Assembly: GCA_032718475.1 (NCBI GenBank)
Contig: JAUCBJ010008794.1
Span: 1-64,000, forward strand
From: Nemertoderma westbladi
Taxonomy: Eukaryota; Animalia; Xenacoelomorpha
Length of the DNA: 64,000 bases
Direction: 5' to 3'
This document shows, one piece after another, positions 1 through 11,658 of this stretch. The position numbers were made by a program, and so were the translations under genes. Under the pieces are notes generated by a model, which worked only from the letters and a program-made list of their open reading frames with translations, did no database searches and was not told the origin of the DNA. The stretch's first letter is position 1; each line of letters starts with the position of its first letter.

Positions 1-735
1 AAATTTGGTACGGATGTGCCAAAAGCAATTCTAAGAAACTAATTTGAAGGATTTACAGAAAAATGGAATTTAAGCCGATATATGGCATTTTGAGTGCCTA
101 ATTTTAGGCTAAATTTCAAGAAAATACAGATTTCCTAAGTTTGGCCCTTATTTACTACAAGAAGCAAAGACTTTTTGTATTAACATTAAATGGATAAAAT
201 GTAGAGCTATCTTATCCATCTGTAATGTTAAAGTTTCAGAAAAATATAAGCAGACAATTCGGAGAAAACCACTTTCTACCAAAACCTATTTTGTCAACTT
301 CCAAAATTACCATTTTTCGGCCCCAATTTCCGGCCCTTAATATTCAGGCAATGCACAATATCAATAATAGTAATGGAACTCCATATTCCCTCTATATAAC
401 GCAAGTGGAACGGTTTCGTTCTAATTAAAAGATACAGAGTTATAACGATTTAAAAATTGTCAAAAATATCCAAATTTGGCCCAAAATTGGCCAAAAGTTG
501 AATTATTGGCATACTGTTTAATATTTTTGGCCAATATTTTGACGCGATGAACAACTGTACTGGATATGTATTCGGTATGAGTTTCAATCGAAATGGCCAA
601 ACTGCTTTGGTGATAGCGACAAAACAACGTAAAAATTTTCCATCGGGATATTTTTTGGGTAAAATTAAAATGTGGCCAAAATGGCCAAATTTGGCTAAAC
701 GAAATTTTTTAATGAAACTTGCAAATTTATCCGCG
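1..735. repeat. Probable non-autonomous DNA-transposon-like fragment abutting and clipping the E1 3' LTR
   Basis: Non-coding, with recurring motifs such as aaatttggcc/ggccaaa. Identity between the two E1 LTR copies stops abruptly at ~736. The family was not identified. Confidence 0.3.
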
Positions 736-1675
736 CACAGGTCATATACCTACTGTTGGAAGAGACAGTAACAAATTATACCGCAATGTCCTACTGTAAA
801 GTTTGTGAATCAAGGCATAATCCAACCTTCTCACCAAAACAGTAACCTCTAAGTAAGCGAACCTATTGCAGTATTGCAGTTATAACCGGTGAGGCAGAAG
901 ACAGTCTACGAACAGACAAACTTCGATAAACAAAATCCCGCGCAGCGAATCCTAATAATCGTGCTGACTCACTGACGGACTAAAAGCGCTCGTATACTTT
1001 GCCGCAGTGTGATTTATATGGTGGGTGAGAGAGACGCTAGCTACAAATATAACTAGCGGGCAAAGCCGCGGTATGGACAAAATATTTTATAAATTTTGCG
1101 GTACAAATAATTCCTAAACGCGTGTGTGTGTTTTGATTCAGGGTCAAATTGATTTTGTAATCCTTCATATAATATCATTTACTGGGTCCGGTGTACATTT
1201 TACAAATATTCTAAATTTTGGTAGTTTGTAGGTCTAATACTTACAAATGATAAGGCTCCTTCCCCTTTTGTGTATTTCCAGGACTCAAATTCAGGCATAA
1301 GGTTAATACTACGCCCAGAATTCGGCAATTTTATTTACCAGGTCCCTAATACTAAGAAGAAATGTGTTAGTTTACTACAGTAGGCATACAGTTACAAATA
1401 GCTAGCCTGGTTCCTATCTAGAATTTTGGTTACCTAGGTGGGCTTGGTAACTTCTTATCAGGATGTCGGCGGGGACACGGTAGGTGTTAGTATCCCTAAT
1501 AGCCTTAATTTATATGCACCTAGCAGTAAACTGCCCTACCGCCTGAACGGTATAATCTTAATTCAGAGAAAAACAGAGTAACCCTCTCCTGGCCTACAAG
1601 CTCCAACGAAAAAGATGAACACCATGTACTACTGACAAGCCACCAGTGCACCTATACCCGGCAAATGAGTTAGGC

Positions 1676-1792
1676 CATGGAATACTAAATATAGACTGTA
1701 TATTTAAGTCTAGTGTCAGTGTAAGACTGACAGTGTAGAGACAGTGTAGTCTAAGTCAGTGTAGACTGTAACTGTATATTTAGTATTCCATG
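1676..1792. mobile_element. 117-bp MITE, P-superfamily-like
   Basis: Absent from the other LTR copy. It has 18-bp TIRs CATGGAATACTAAATATA and a 7-bp TSD GTTAGGC (1669-1675, 1793-1799). CA...TG ends with a 7-8 bp TSD fit P-type elements. Confidence 0.8.
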
Positions 1793-2607
1793 GTTAGGCA
1801 TACAGTTTTGCTGCACCCTACCAATGTGCATGCCGTGTAATGGTGTGCCTGTGTCCTATCTGTGTACTGGTATCTCTCTGCCTATCCTCTCCTCCCGTAG
1901 GAATACGAAGGGTTTCCGCGAGTTTTTCTGAATAAAAATAATACGGTTCCTAATTTTAAATTTTTGGCGTACAGTGTGTCGCTACTTCTACCTTCGATCT
2001 CAGGTCTTATACTTAGGTAATGAAGCATCGGACGCTGTCTAACCTTTCAGGCGATGGGCGAATAACTACGAATCAGTATTGTGGGTGGTCTCCTGTCTAC
2101 ATTCCTCCGATGTTCCCGTTCATTGCCGTGGCCCGATGTCTAGCCTGCCATCCTGACCCTCAGTTGGGTTCACCGTGGTGAAACATGATAAAAAAGGGCA
2201 GATATAGCGATAATTCTGACTTTATTACAGATAACCAACAATTATATTAATACAAACAATGTAATCTGAAATAACTAATTATATCTGAGAGATGAATAAC
2301 TAATGAACGAAACCGCACCTTTTATAGCAAATTTGTGCCGCTAACAATCTAGACAAATCTAGATTGTTCTATGAGTTCCATTAGGTTTTTAAAGATAATC
2401 ATTGGTCCAGCAAACATATAACTTGCACGACATTGGTTACTGTAAAATAACTGCAATCATATTGGTTAATCTACCTTGAGCAAATGCAATTTAATCGTAG
2501 CGGTTAATTCAAATGAGTTGAAATTTAGCACAAAAAACAATTCGCACCTGCTAGGATTTGAACTCAATACCTACTGAACGATTTTCCAACGCATAACCGA
2601 CTGAGCT

Positions 2608-4913
2608 CACAGTGGGGCTTAACTTGGTTTTTGGCAAAGGTTGGACCCCGTTCATGAAAATAAGTTTTTTGAGCTTAGTTGGTCCCCTAATGTAAAAATT
2701 GAGAAAAATTAAAATATTTCATGGGTGGCTTTTTAAATTAATACTATTTAAGTAATTATTTAATACTAATCATATTACTAAATTTCATCACTTACTCCCC
2801 CAAACAAATTGACAGGTTTATTTTGCTCCATTGGTGTCACTTTGTACACAAAATAAAAAAATTTAAAATTTCATGGGTGGCTTTTAATATAATGCTATTT
2901 AATTATTTATTTAATACTAAATATTATTACCTTTAACAAAGGATGTTACCCCATTCATGAAAACAAGTTATTTTGCTCTAATCATGTCTCGATGAATAAA
3001 ATATAAAAAATTAGAAAGTTTCATGGGTGGCTTTTAATATAAATTTTATTTAATTATTTATTTAATACTAAATATTATTACCTTTAACAAAGGATGTTTG
3101 GTACCCTATCCCACTCATGAAAACAAGTTTTTTTGGCTCCAAGCATATCTTGATGATTATAATGCAAAAAATTAGAAAGTTTCATTGGTAATTTTTAATA
3201 ATACAACTATTTATTTATCCAATTAATACTAAATATATGTAATTATTTTGATATACAGTATACTCCATTAAAAACCAAAAATAGTTCATACATGTTTCGA
3301 ATTATATTCCTTAACTGCTTGAAGTAGCTAATTTGCGTATCTTGGATGACTTTCTAAAACTTTATACTTCGACCATGTTTTTCAAGAAAATGTTGCTTGT
3401 TCAGAAAATTAACCCAATCTTAGAATGATGTGGCATTTTTCAGGAACGAAATAAACATTTCAGTCCACTAACAACATTAGTCTATATAGGCCTACATGTA
3501 TAGGCCTACATTAAGGTATATCAGATAATGGCGCACCATTATCTGCAGTGTGTAAGATTATGTAAGAAAAAAAATTAAATAGTTTATGATGTTTTATAAA
3601 TTTATAATAAGATCGATGTTCTTAAATGTATTTTATATTTAACTTAAGAACCACTTAAAAATGAATGAATGAAAAATATGCCTTAAACTGAAGCATACTG
3701 TATATCTATATACCCAAGACTAAGAACAATCATGAACTAATGTAGCTGTTATTTTATATTATAATGTAGTGTAGGTGTATGCATCCATGCCTGATTAATG
3801 TGAAAGATTATACCTACTGATGTTCTACTAATATATGGTTGGTTCGGTTGGTTTGATTGGTAAGATAAATAAACAATTATATAGAAAGAGTACAATTGTA
3901 GATAAGACACAATGATTATTGATACAATGTTACTGACCACCAGTTGAGGAATTATATTAATAAAAAAAGTAAATAAATACATAGATTATAGATAAAATGT
4001 TTGAAAATATGGGATTTTTTATGAAGATTGTGGACTGGTCCATATCTTCCAACTGCTGATCTACGCTAGTCCTTCATTGTATAAACAATGAGCTTATATA
4101 CTGTATATATATATATAAGTAATAATATTTAGTATTAATTGAATAATAAAATAGTTGTTTTATTAAACGCCACCCAGGAAACTTTCTAATTTTTTATATT
4201 TTATTCATCAAGGCATGCTTGAAGCCAAAAACTAGTTTTAATGTATGGGAAAGAGTACCAATCATCCTTTGTTAAATGTAATAATATTTAGCATTAAATA
4301 AAAAATTAAATAGCATTTATATTAAAAGCCACCCATAAAACTTTCTAATTTTTTATATTTTATTCACCAAGACATGCTTGGAGCCAAACAAACTTTTTTC
4401 ATGTATGGGATGGGGTAACAAACATCCTTAGTTAAAGGTAATAATATTTAGTATTAAATAAATAATTAAATAGCATTTATATTAAAAGCCACCCATGAAA
4501 CTTTCTAATTTTTTATATTTTATTCATCGAGACATGATTAGAGCCAAAAAACGTGTTTTCAGGAATGGGGTAACATCCTTTGTTAAAGGTAATAATATTT
4601 AGTATTAAATAAATAATTAAATAGCATTATATTAAAAGCCACCCATGAAATTTTAAATTTTTTTATTTTTTATACAATATGTGACAGCAATGGAGCAAAA
4701 TAAATCTGTCAATATGTTTGGGGGAGTAAGTGATGAAATTTAGTAATATGATTAGTATTAAATAATTACTTAAATAGTATTAATATAAAAAGCCACCCAT
4801 GAAATATTTTAATTTTTGTGAATTTTCACATTAGGGGACCAACTAAGCTCAAAAAACTGATTTTCATGAACGGGGTCCAACCTTTGCCAAAAACCAAGTT
4901 AAGCCCCACTGTG
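2608..4913. mobile_element. Non-autonomous TIR element, Chapaev/CMC-like
   Basis: TIR CACAGTGGGGCTTAACTTGGTTTTTGGCAAAGGTTGGACCCCGTTCATGAAAA at both ends, extended by ~600-800 bp imperfect inverted arms built of ~150-170 bp subrepeats. 4-bp TSD AGCT (2604-2607, 4914-4917). No transposase ORF. Confidence 0.85.
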
Positions 4914-5054
4914 AGCTACTGAACCACTTGAACAACGTTGTACAAATAGCTATAGTAAATGCAAATGAGGACTTAATGTAATCTTTATAACAAATTAATT
5001 CCAACAAAATAAAATTTTGAAAATCCACGGCTTTTATGAGGATATAATTCTATA

Positions 5055-5068
5055 CCGCTCCATGAAAA
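5055..5068 (-). promoter_or_regulatory. E1 polypurine tract (TTTTCATGGAGCGG)
   Basis: 12/14 identical to the sequence that directly abuts the E3 3' LTR (46475-46488). Confidence 0.7.
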
Positions 5069-5768
5069 CAGGATATTATCGTACATAAAATATACAGTTT
5101 TCACCAATCAAATCTAATTATGGAATACTTGGGGCGTACCTACATATTTACAAATTAAATTTCAAACAATAATACTTCCTTTCTATGTAATAATTTGGTA
5201 CAAAATAATTACAAATTCAAACTTTACATATTTAAGGCCTTATTAAGTAGGTACAATATAAATCTAATTAAATTCACCAATATAAATCTATTGCATCTCA
5301 ATTATTGCATAAATTCAAATAATTACAAATACAAATACTTTCGTGCCTAAATATAAATTGCATAAGTTCGGAATAATTACAAATATGAGTCTTTCTAAGT
5401 ACAAAACTTTCTAAATACAAAATATAACGTTTTACAAATGAAATCATAATAAAGGCTCACGAGTCTTCCGTCTACTCTTGCCTTCTATTTCACTGTAAAT
5501 ACAAATACTGCTTATAAAATATAAATTGCATAATATTCGAAACAATATAAATTGCATAAGTTCGGAATAATCACAAATAAAAATATAAATCTTCCAAAAT
5601 ATAAATTCTTTCTAAATATAAATTCTTACTAAATACAAAACTTACTACATATAAAATATATAAATCACAATAAATCAAATAAATCACAATAAATCAAATA
5701 AATCACAATAAATCAAATAAATCACAAGAAAGGCTCACGAGTCTTCCGTCCACCCTTTGCCCTCCATT

Positions 5769-8700
5769 TTAACGCTTTTCAGAACGGGCCCTGCTGCGTC
5801 CTCGAAAACTGCGTACAGGTGACTTAGCCCATACTTGGACGTTGGGAGATGGTGCGACCATTTCCTCACATATTCGTCTCCTCGTAAACGTAAATCCTCG
5901 TCCGACTCCTCGTGACCGATCGGTTGTATCCACTGTTGGTAAAACGTCTGGGAACACGCGGGAAGCGGACGACGCAGACCCAAGAGAAACTTGCGCCCCC
6001 TTTTGATCAGTTGGTATATGTCCCGATCCTCCTTGCGGTTCTCTGGGAAGTGACACCGTATCCCGAGTAACTCGAATCGTCGGTTCAAATCCTATGCGCT
6101 CTTCAATATTTATCGTTTTCTTTAATTGTTGGCTCACTTTCTGAACCCTTATGATCCTATTCTGTCCGTCCTCCCGAGGGTGACGTGCAGACGGCGCAAC
6201 CGGAGTAGCTGGTATATTGGTCGCCTCTAGGATCTCCTCTTCCTCGAATACGCTCGCTCGTATGCGTTTATGGTAGAAGGCGGCTCGGTACGCCCATGCG
6301 ACGGTTAACCAAGCTCCCTTATTTCGCTTTTCCGTTCGAAACCGATCGAATTCACCATATGTGATACGATTGACGACTTTCTGGAAGTTCTATGTATTCT
6401 TATTATCGGGATGAATCTGTAGTAAATATTCGCGCACAACTCTGAATCCACTATCATGAGGAAAAATATCATCTACCTCAATCAGTTCGTCGTATTGTGG
6501 CATAGCGGAGATATATCCTTCCGACATCATAGTTTGAGGATTTACTGCCCAAAATCCAAGATGTGCTCTCATTGGGAATTGTCTTCTTTGCGCCGATACA
6601 TGTTTGTCAGCTAAATCTTCCCAATCATCAAACAGTTTTCTCACTAATTTTACAGATTTGTGTTCGTGTGGTATGTCTCGCAGTTGACATTCAGATGCTC
6701 GATGTCCCTTTATATTGCAGTATGAGCATTGAGCCATAAATCTCCAGCAAGTATAAAACGTATGGGACCCTTGATCTCCACACCTTCCACAAATCAGTTG
6801 AGTCGTAGTAATGTGCTTTCCACTGCACTTTGTCGAATGATGTCCAGCGACGCTACATTTACCACACATCGTATTGGCAGGGTGCCACACTCACCCATAT
6901 ATAAGATCTCCAATTGGCCAAGCGCTTCCTCCCACACTATAATCATAATCGTCTGGATCTACAGGTTGGTATGTTTCAGAAGGTTGTATGCAAACTACAG
7001 CATCTGTTGCTTCAAGTTGACGAATCTCCGTCTGAGATTTCTTCGGGAGGTTCCTTTCAATCTCAAGAAGCTCTTCTAGAGGATCACCAATGATCGTCGT
7101 TGTGTCGGAATCATCACCAAGGTGACCGATAGGCGCGCGCATCTGCCGTGATTCTTCTGCAACTTCTACGATACATTCTCCTTCATAAGGTAACATTGTA
7201 AACATAGATTGTCTTTCGATAAGAGATCCCGCACAGCGAAGATACACGTCTCAAAATATACTAAATCCTGCTCGAGTAAAGGCATTGCACTGAGCGTCGG
7301 AATTGTAGAAGGGTTCGAGAAATCGTCTAAACACGTCGGTATGAATTCTCCCTTCCGTGTAGAACGTATGATCTTCTCCGAGACAAAGTGGATGTCTTTT
7401 AAGAGTCCGAGACACAATGTCGGCGATTAAGCAAACATTCACTGATGACTCTATCGCTAAATAATATTGTAGGACCGCTCTTGGAGGTAACGTAATAGCC
7501 CAATACACGCATCCTCTCCATTTGAGCTGTGATTCAAACTCGTTTATATCTGGAGTATCACCTTCTCCATACGTTTAGATATACTTGGTTCTTTTACTTT
7601 CCTTGTAATCCCAATTAAACATTAGGTAGGAGATGTATCCAGTTCCGGTTTTTTGAGTATCATACTCCCGGAAAAATCCTTGTTCTATAGACCACAAGAT
7701 AAGAGGTCGAGTGTCGACGTAAGGTGTCGGTAATCGGTCGTGACTGTCCGACATGCCGGCAAAGTTGCTAATTAAGTCCTCTCGCACTCCTGATCCGATC
7801 TTTACAACGGTTTTATCTAAAATAATATTTCTTACCATCTTCGGTAGCATTCTAGCATCGATATTGCAAGCTTGGTCCATCTTCTTTACTATATTAGTGA
7901 TGAGATGGCGCCGCTTAGTATTTCCTGGAGGTATCGGCATTCGTTTGTCGCTTCTTTGTCTACTGAAAACGTGCAAGACTCCGTCTGCCGCTCTAATTTG
8001 TATAGTCTTAGAAGTCAGACTTTGTTGATGGCTGCTGCCCTCGTTGTCATAAAACATGTAACCATTTTCTTGAAATGATCTAAACGTCCTGTTCCATTCG
8101 TCCATCAATTCTTCCAAAGGTTGCCAAATCTTCTCTATATCCCTCTCGTCCTCGAAACGAATAACCTTACCTTGCCAGTTCGTAGCAATGTCTGTATCCG
8201 ACTCAAAGGTTCCTGTTCCGATCCATAAGCGAATTGTTCTGGTCAAATATCCTTTCAGGTTACTCGGAGCTATATCAGTGCCAGCTCTATCCAGTTCCCT
8301 AAAGTCTTGAATATGAGGCGGAACATTATGCACGACCTTTTGCGTAATATGTCTACGTAAATCATATATCTTAACCATATCATCGCTTAGAACAACTGCA
8401 GGAAGAAACTCTAAGTTTGAAATGATTTCCGGATGATCCACAATAGGTATTTCATACGTCGTATCTTCTCGGACTGGTATACTAATAGGGAAATTGAGTG
8501 TCGTACTCAATGGTTTCGTAGTTGAAGTACTATGCAGTTGCATTTCTCTTGTCCTTTCCGGGGATGCAATCTGTAGTCTCTGAATAATGTTTTGAGCAAA
8601 GTTTATACTTTCGAAAATTTCCGGTGTCATCTCCTTAGCTGGCGTTTGATCGTGTGACGTCCAATGGTAAGGTAGGCTCGCGAGTCTTCCGCCCCATTCT

Positions 8701-9461
8701 TCCATCTCACCTTCCTCGAAAGCCTTATAGGCTCTGTATAGGCTAAAAGTTTCTTTCTTTTCGCGGGTTGACTGAGTCACCTCTTCCAGCGTAAGTTCAA
8801 ATGCATCGGGTTCAACAATCTTAGGTGGGCAAACGACAATTTCTCCCACCTTTGGTCCACACATAGCAAATGAATGATACGGATTCGATAAAGGATACCC
8901 TCCTTCCTGGTAGCGTAGTTGTTGATGGTTCGAACACCTCGCCAATATCGGTTCGGGATTTTCCTTATTCAAACGCATCGGAATCGCCTTTTGTTGTTCG
9001 CGCATACAAGCACCACATTTATAATAAAGTTTATAAACAGAAAAGGCTTCCTTCGTTTCTCTATCGTCTCCTCGAGTTTGTCTGTAAAGATGCATTCCAT
9101 CGAATTCATCGCGTACCGCAGGCATAGGTTCATGTGCCTTTAGGTATTGCATGGTATGATACAAACAACTTATTTCGGTATCGGGGTCTTCACTGATATC
9201 TCCCGTATCACATAAAGCATCGTACGGATAAAGTTCGTTGAAGGTTTTACGTAAACTTTCGATTCTTTCGTTTAACGCGTTTTGCCTCCTCTTTAATACG
9301 TTCGAGTCATATTTAGTCTTTGCGAGTTTTGCCGTACTTTCTGATAAATCCTTTATACCAAATATAGTGTAATCCTTTGCACCGAATCTTTCAAAAGGAG
9401 CTGCCGCTTCCTCTTGAATATCGTATCCCCATCTCGGCTCTCCAGATATCCCCTTTGCCAT
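5769..9461 (-). pseudogene. E1 accessory ORF3 (~1230 codons, 4 in-frame stops): N-terminal CxxC/CxxH domain, DEDDy-type 3'-5' exonuclease, 3 CCHC zinc knuckles
   Basis: ORF-track pieces 7575..9461, 7251..7508, 6891..7247, 6390..6890 and 5769..6137 are all in one frame. Motifs: ExoI MFYDNEG, IQIRAADG, ExoII LPKMVRNIILDKTVVKIGSGVREDL, YVDT, ExoIII-like YYLAIE. Knuckles: CGKCSVAGHHSTKC, CGRCGDQGSHTFYTC, CSYCNIKGHRASEC. Confidence 0.85.
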
Positions 9462-10128
9462 TATTATAAGTATGGTTACATAATCATTACTACTAGAGGG
9501 AATACAACAGAGTTTATTGTTAGTTGTGAGGAGATGTGAGAGTTTTTTTGTCTGCCCTTTGGGCTCGACAACGCTCTAACCTCCTACCCATAGCCTAAGA
9601 TCTAAGGTTTCTTTAATGACACACTGTTTCTTATCTAAATTTTTTTTTTTTTGCCGAAATAAAAACGATTTGGGCTAAACTGGCTGTGAGTCTAAAATAC
9701 TCACTTTTTGATCCCAAACTATTATCAGAAAATAAGCAATCAAGAATTAGTAATAAATATAGGGAAGTCTATTGGTTGACGTAACTTATTGAAACAAGAC
9801 CGTGTAAAATTTAATTAAATTTAAGAAAGGCTCGCGAGTCTTCCGTTCTCTTGTTTCTCTAATTTTAAGTTCCACCCGACTGTACCCTGAAATCTATTCA
9901 CTGGAGAAAATTTTAAAATTTTTCAAATCCAAATGGATTGTCTAAAATTTCGAAAATGTCTCATATTGTGAGTTCCAAGTAGAATTCCATTTCTTATACC
10001 TACACATCCCGCTCCTATGTGACACATAAGGGTACTACCCTCAATGTTCACATATAAAGACAATGGAAGTCTACCGCTGTCTTTACTACAGTGTACAGGT
10101 ACGTGGAAATCTATTTGTAAACTCCTTA

Positions 10129-10656
10129 TTATTTACCAATATTAGTTGGAGACTTGTAATCTCCAGACTCGTTACGAGTCTCTTCAAGAAGTACGAGACG
10201 TTGAGTCGGTCTATCTACTGTACGACCGTCAATTGTCCGTACCGTCACAGTTCTTGTCACTCCATCCATAGATGGATGTGTGTCTAAAATAACACCTGTT
10301 ATCCAGAAGCGTCTTTTTAAATTCACTTCTGCTAACAGTACATGATCTCCCGGCTTTAAAGCACGGGTGTCTTTGTACCAATTTGTTCTGGCGGAAATAG
10401 AGGGCAAATAATGGTTTTGCCATATTTCCCAGAATTTGTTAACCAGTAGTTGCGTGATTTTCCACGCCTTTCTACCGTAGCTCGCTTTCGTCCTTCTGGG
10501 CTCCTCCCGGAGGCGCACCCATGAGGCGGACGTGTTTCCACCACCCCTGGGGCCAGTCTGACTGATGTTATTATCAGACCAGGCCGTAGGGTGGCCCGAT
10601 GTTTCCCGGGTTTTGTTTTCGGTCCCCCGATCACACTGGCACAGCTCGTCGAACAT
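10129..10656 (-). CDS. E1 integrase C-terminal (DUF5641-like) segment, separated from the core by an insert; in-frame ATG at 10656
   Basis: YGRKAWKITQLLVNKFWEIWQNHYLP...GDHVLL...DGVTRTVTVRT...RPTQRLVLLE is the typical BEL/Pao pol terminus and aligns with the E2 and E3 pol ends. Confidence 0.85.
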   Translation of the reverse strand: MFDELCQCDRGTENKTRETSGHPTAWSDNNISQTGPRGGGNTSASWVRLREEPRRTKASYGRKAWKITQLLVNKFWEIWQNHYLPSISARTNWYKDTRALKPGDHVLLAEVNLKRRFWITGVILDTHPSMDGVTRTVTVRTIDGRTVDRPTQRLVLLEETRNESGDYKSPTNIGK

Positions 10657-11658
10657 GTAGCCAGATGGGCGGCTACTGTCAACTTACTGTGGCCTGACTG
10701 TACATTGAGCCAACTCAAAGTATAACAAAGAATTAACCGGCAGGTGGACCAGTCGATAGCGATCGAGCACCAAGGTCGCCCTTGGGCCTAACCGACGGTC
10801 TTGTCCCACATGGGCTTGCGCTACCCAACATTGGAATTTTGACTCGTTTTTACCTGCCTCGCCGGCAGTATTTAAAAAACAATACTGTCTGTAGCTCAAA
10901 AGCTACTGAACAAGTAACCACTTACCAGTCACTGTACACGTGTACTCAACAGATGTTCACAAAATCAAGTACACAATGGTAAGCACAAAATCGAACACAT
11001 ACCATGCACACACAGAGACAAAATCAGGAAAGACAAAATCGGGGTCAAAATCGAGAGGACAAATTGTATCGACCAACCACCAAGTCAAGAGTACCTTATT
11101 TTACCGACAGGGTAAAATAACTTTGTGTGCACAAAGTATGCTGGGGCGCAGTAAAGTATGGTCCTACTAATACCAGCGGCGTCTGAACCAACTGGCAAGG
11201 GTTCCCATACTCACTCGCAGTGGCCACACATACAATCACGTGTACTCACGTACCTACAGCAACAGAAAGCTCAGAGACCCAGACGGTTGAACCAACCAAA
11301 AGACCAATCAGCTGAACATGGATACAATAACATATAGTATCAAATAAATGGAACAGCTGATGGCCAATGGAACCATCCAAGCCCCAAGCAAACTGCCACT
11401 GGTTGCTCACATACAAAACATAGTTCACACCACATAAACCACAAATCACGCCATGCCACCACCCCTACTGTGTACAGGACTGGCAGTACGGCAACAGGCC
11501 AACTAGACGGAACCACGGCACCATGGCAATTCATGGTTCGTTAGACACAAGGGCCTTCAGTGACTCCCTACAACTGTATAGAAGATTTAACGTGCCCCCA
11601 GACCCTCACGAGTCTGCCGCCGCCTGTTAGCGACACCCCTATAGAGACCTCACCTCTT
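10481..11658 (-). other. 1.18-kb hairpin-rich non-coding insert inside the E1 integrase
   Basis: Removing it restores ...IEGNA-YGRKAW, co-linear with E3 ...TDGDE-YCRQTW. It is flanked by a 3-bp repeat (tag at 10478-10480 and 11659-11661), has no TIRs, and contains many short inverted repeats. Confidence 0.75.

Larger units (their letters stand above)
736..5054 (-). repeat. E1 3' LTR (with nested MITEs)
   Basis: Near-identical to 20752-22502 once the inserts at 1676-1792 and 2608-4913 are removed. The inner end is inferred at 5054 (TATA, probably mutated TACA) because it is followed by ccgctccatgaaaa, matching the E3 PPT ccgctcccagaaaa. Confidence 0.85.

Noticed and set aside
2608-2640. Functional RSS / ProtoRAG or Transib terminus
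   Set aside because: The nonamer-like sequence is inverted and the TSD is 4 bp rather than 5 bp.
5769-9461. Stop-codon reassignment, programmed readthrough or directional C-to-T editing as the cause of in-frame stops
   Set aside because: All three stop types occur, their positions are not shared between E1 and E2, and any stop can trivially be read as a C-to-T change. Ordinary decay is sufficient.
10481-11658. Canonical group I, group II or spliceosomal intron
   Set aside because: I could not build P7 with matching R/S elements. There are no GUGYG...AY ends or domain V, and the GTGAGG donor-like site lies after the stop codon, so it cannot restore the frame.
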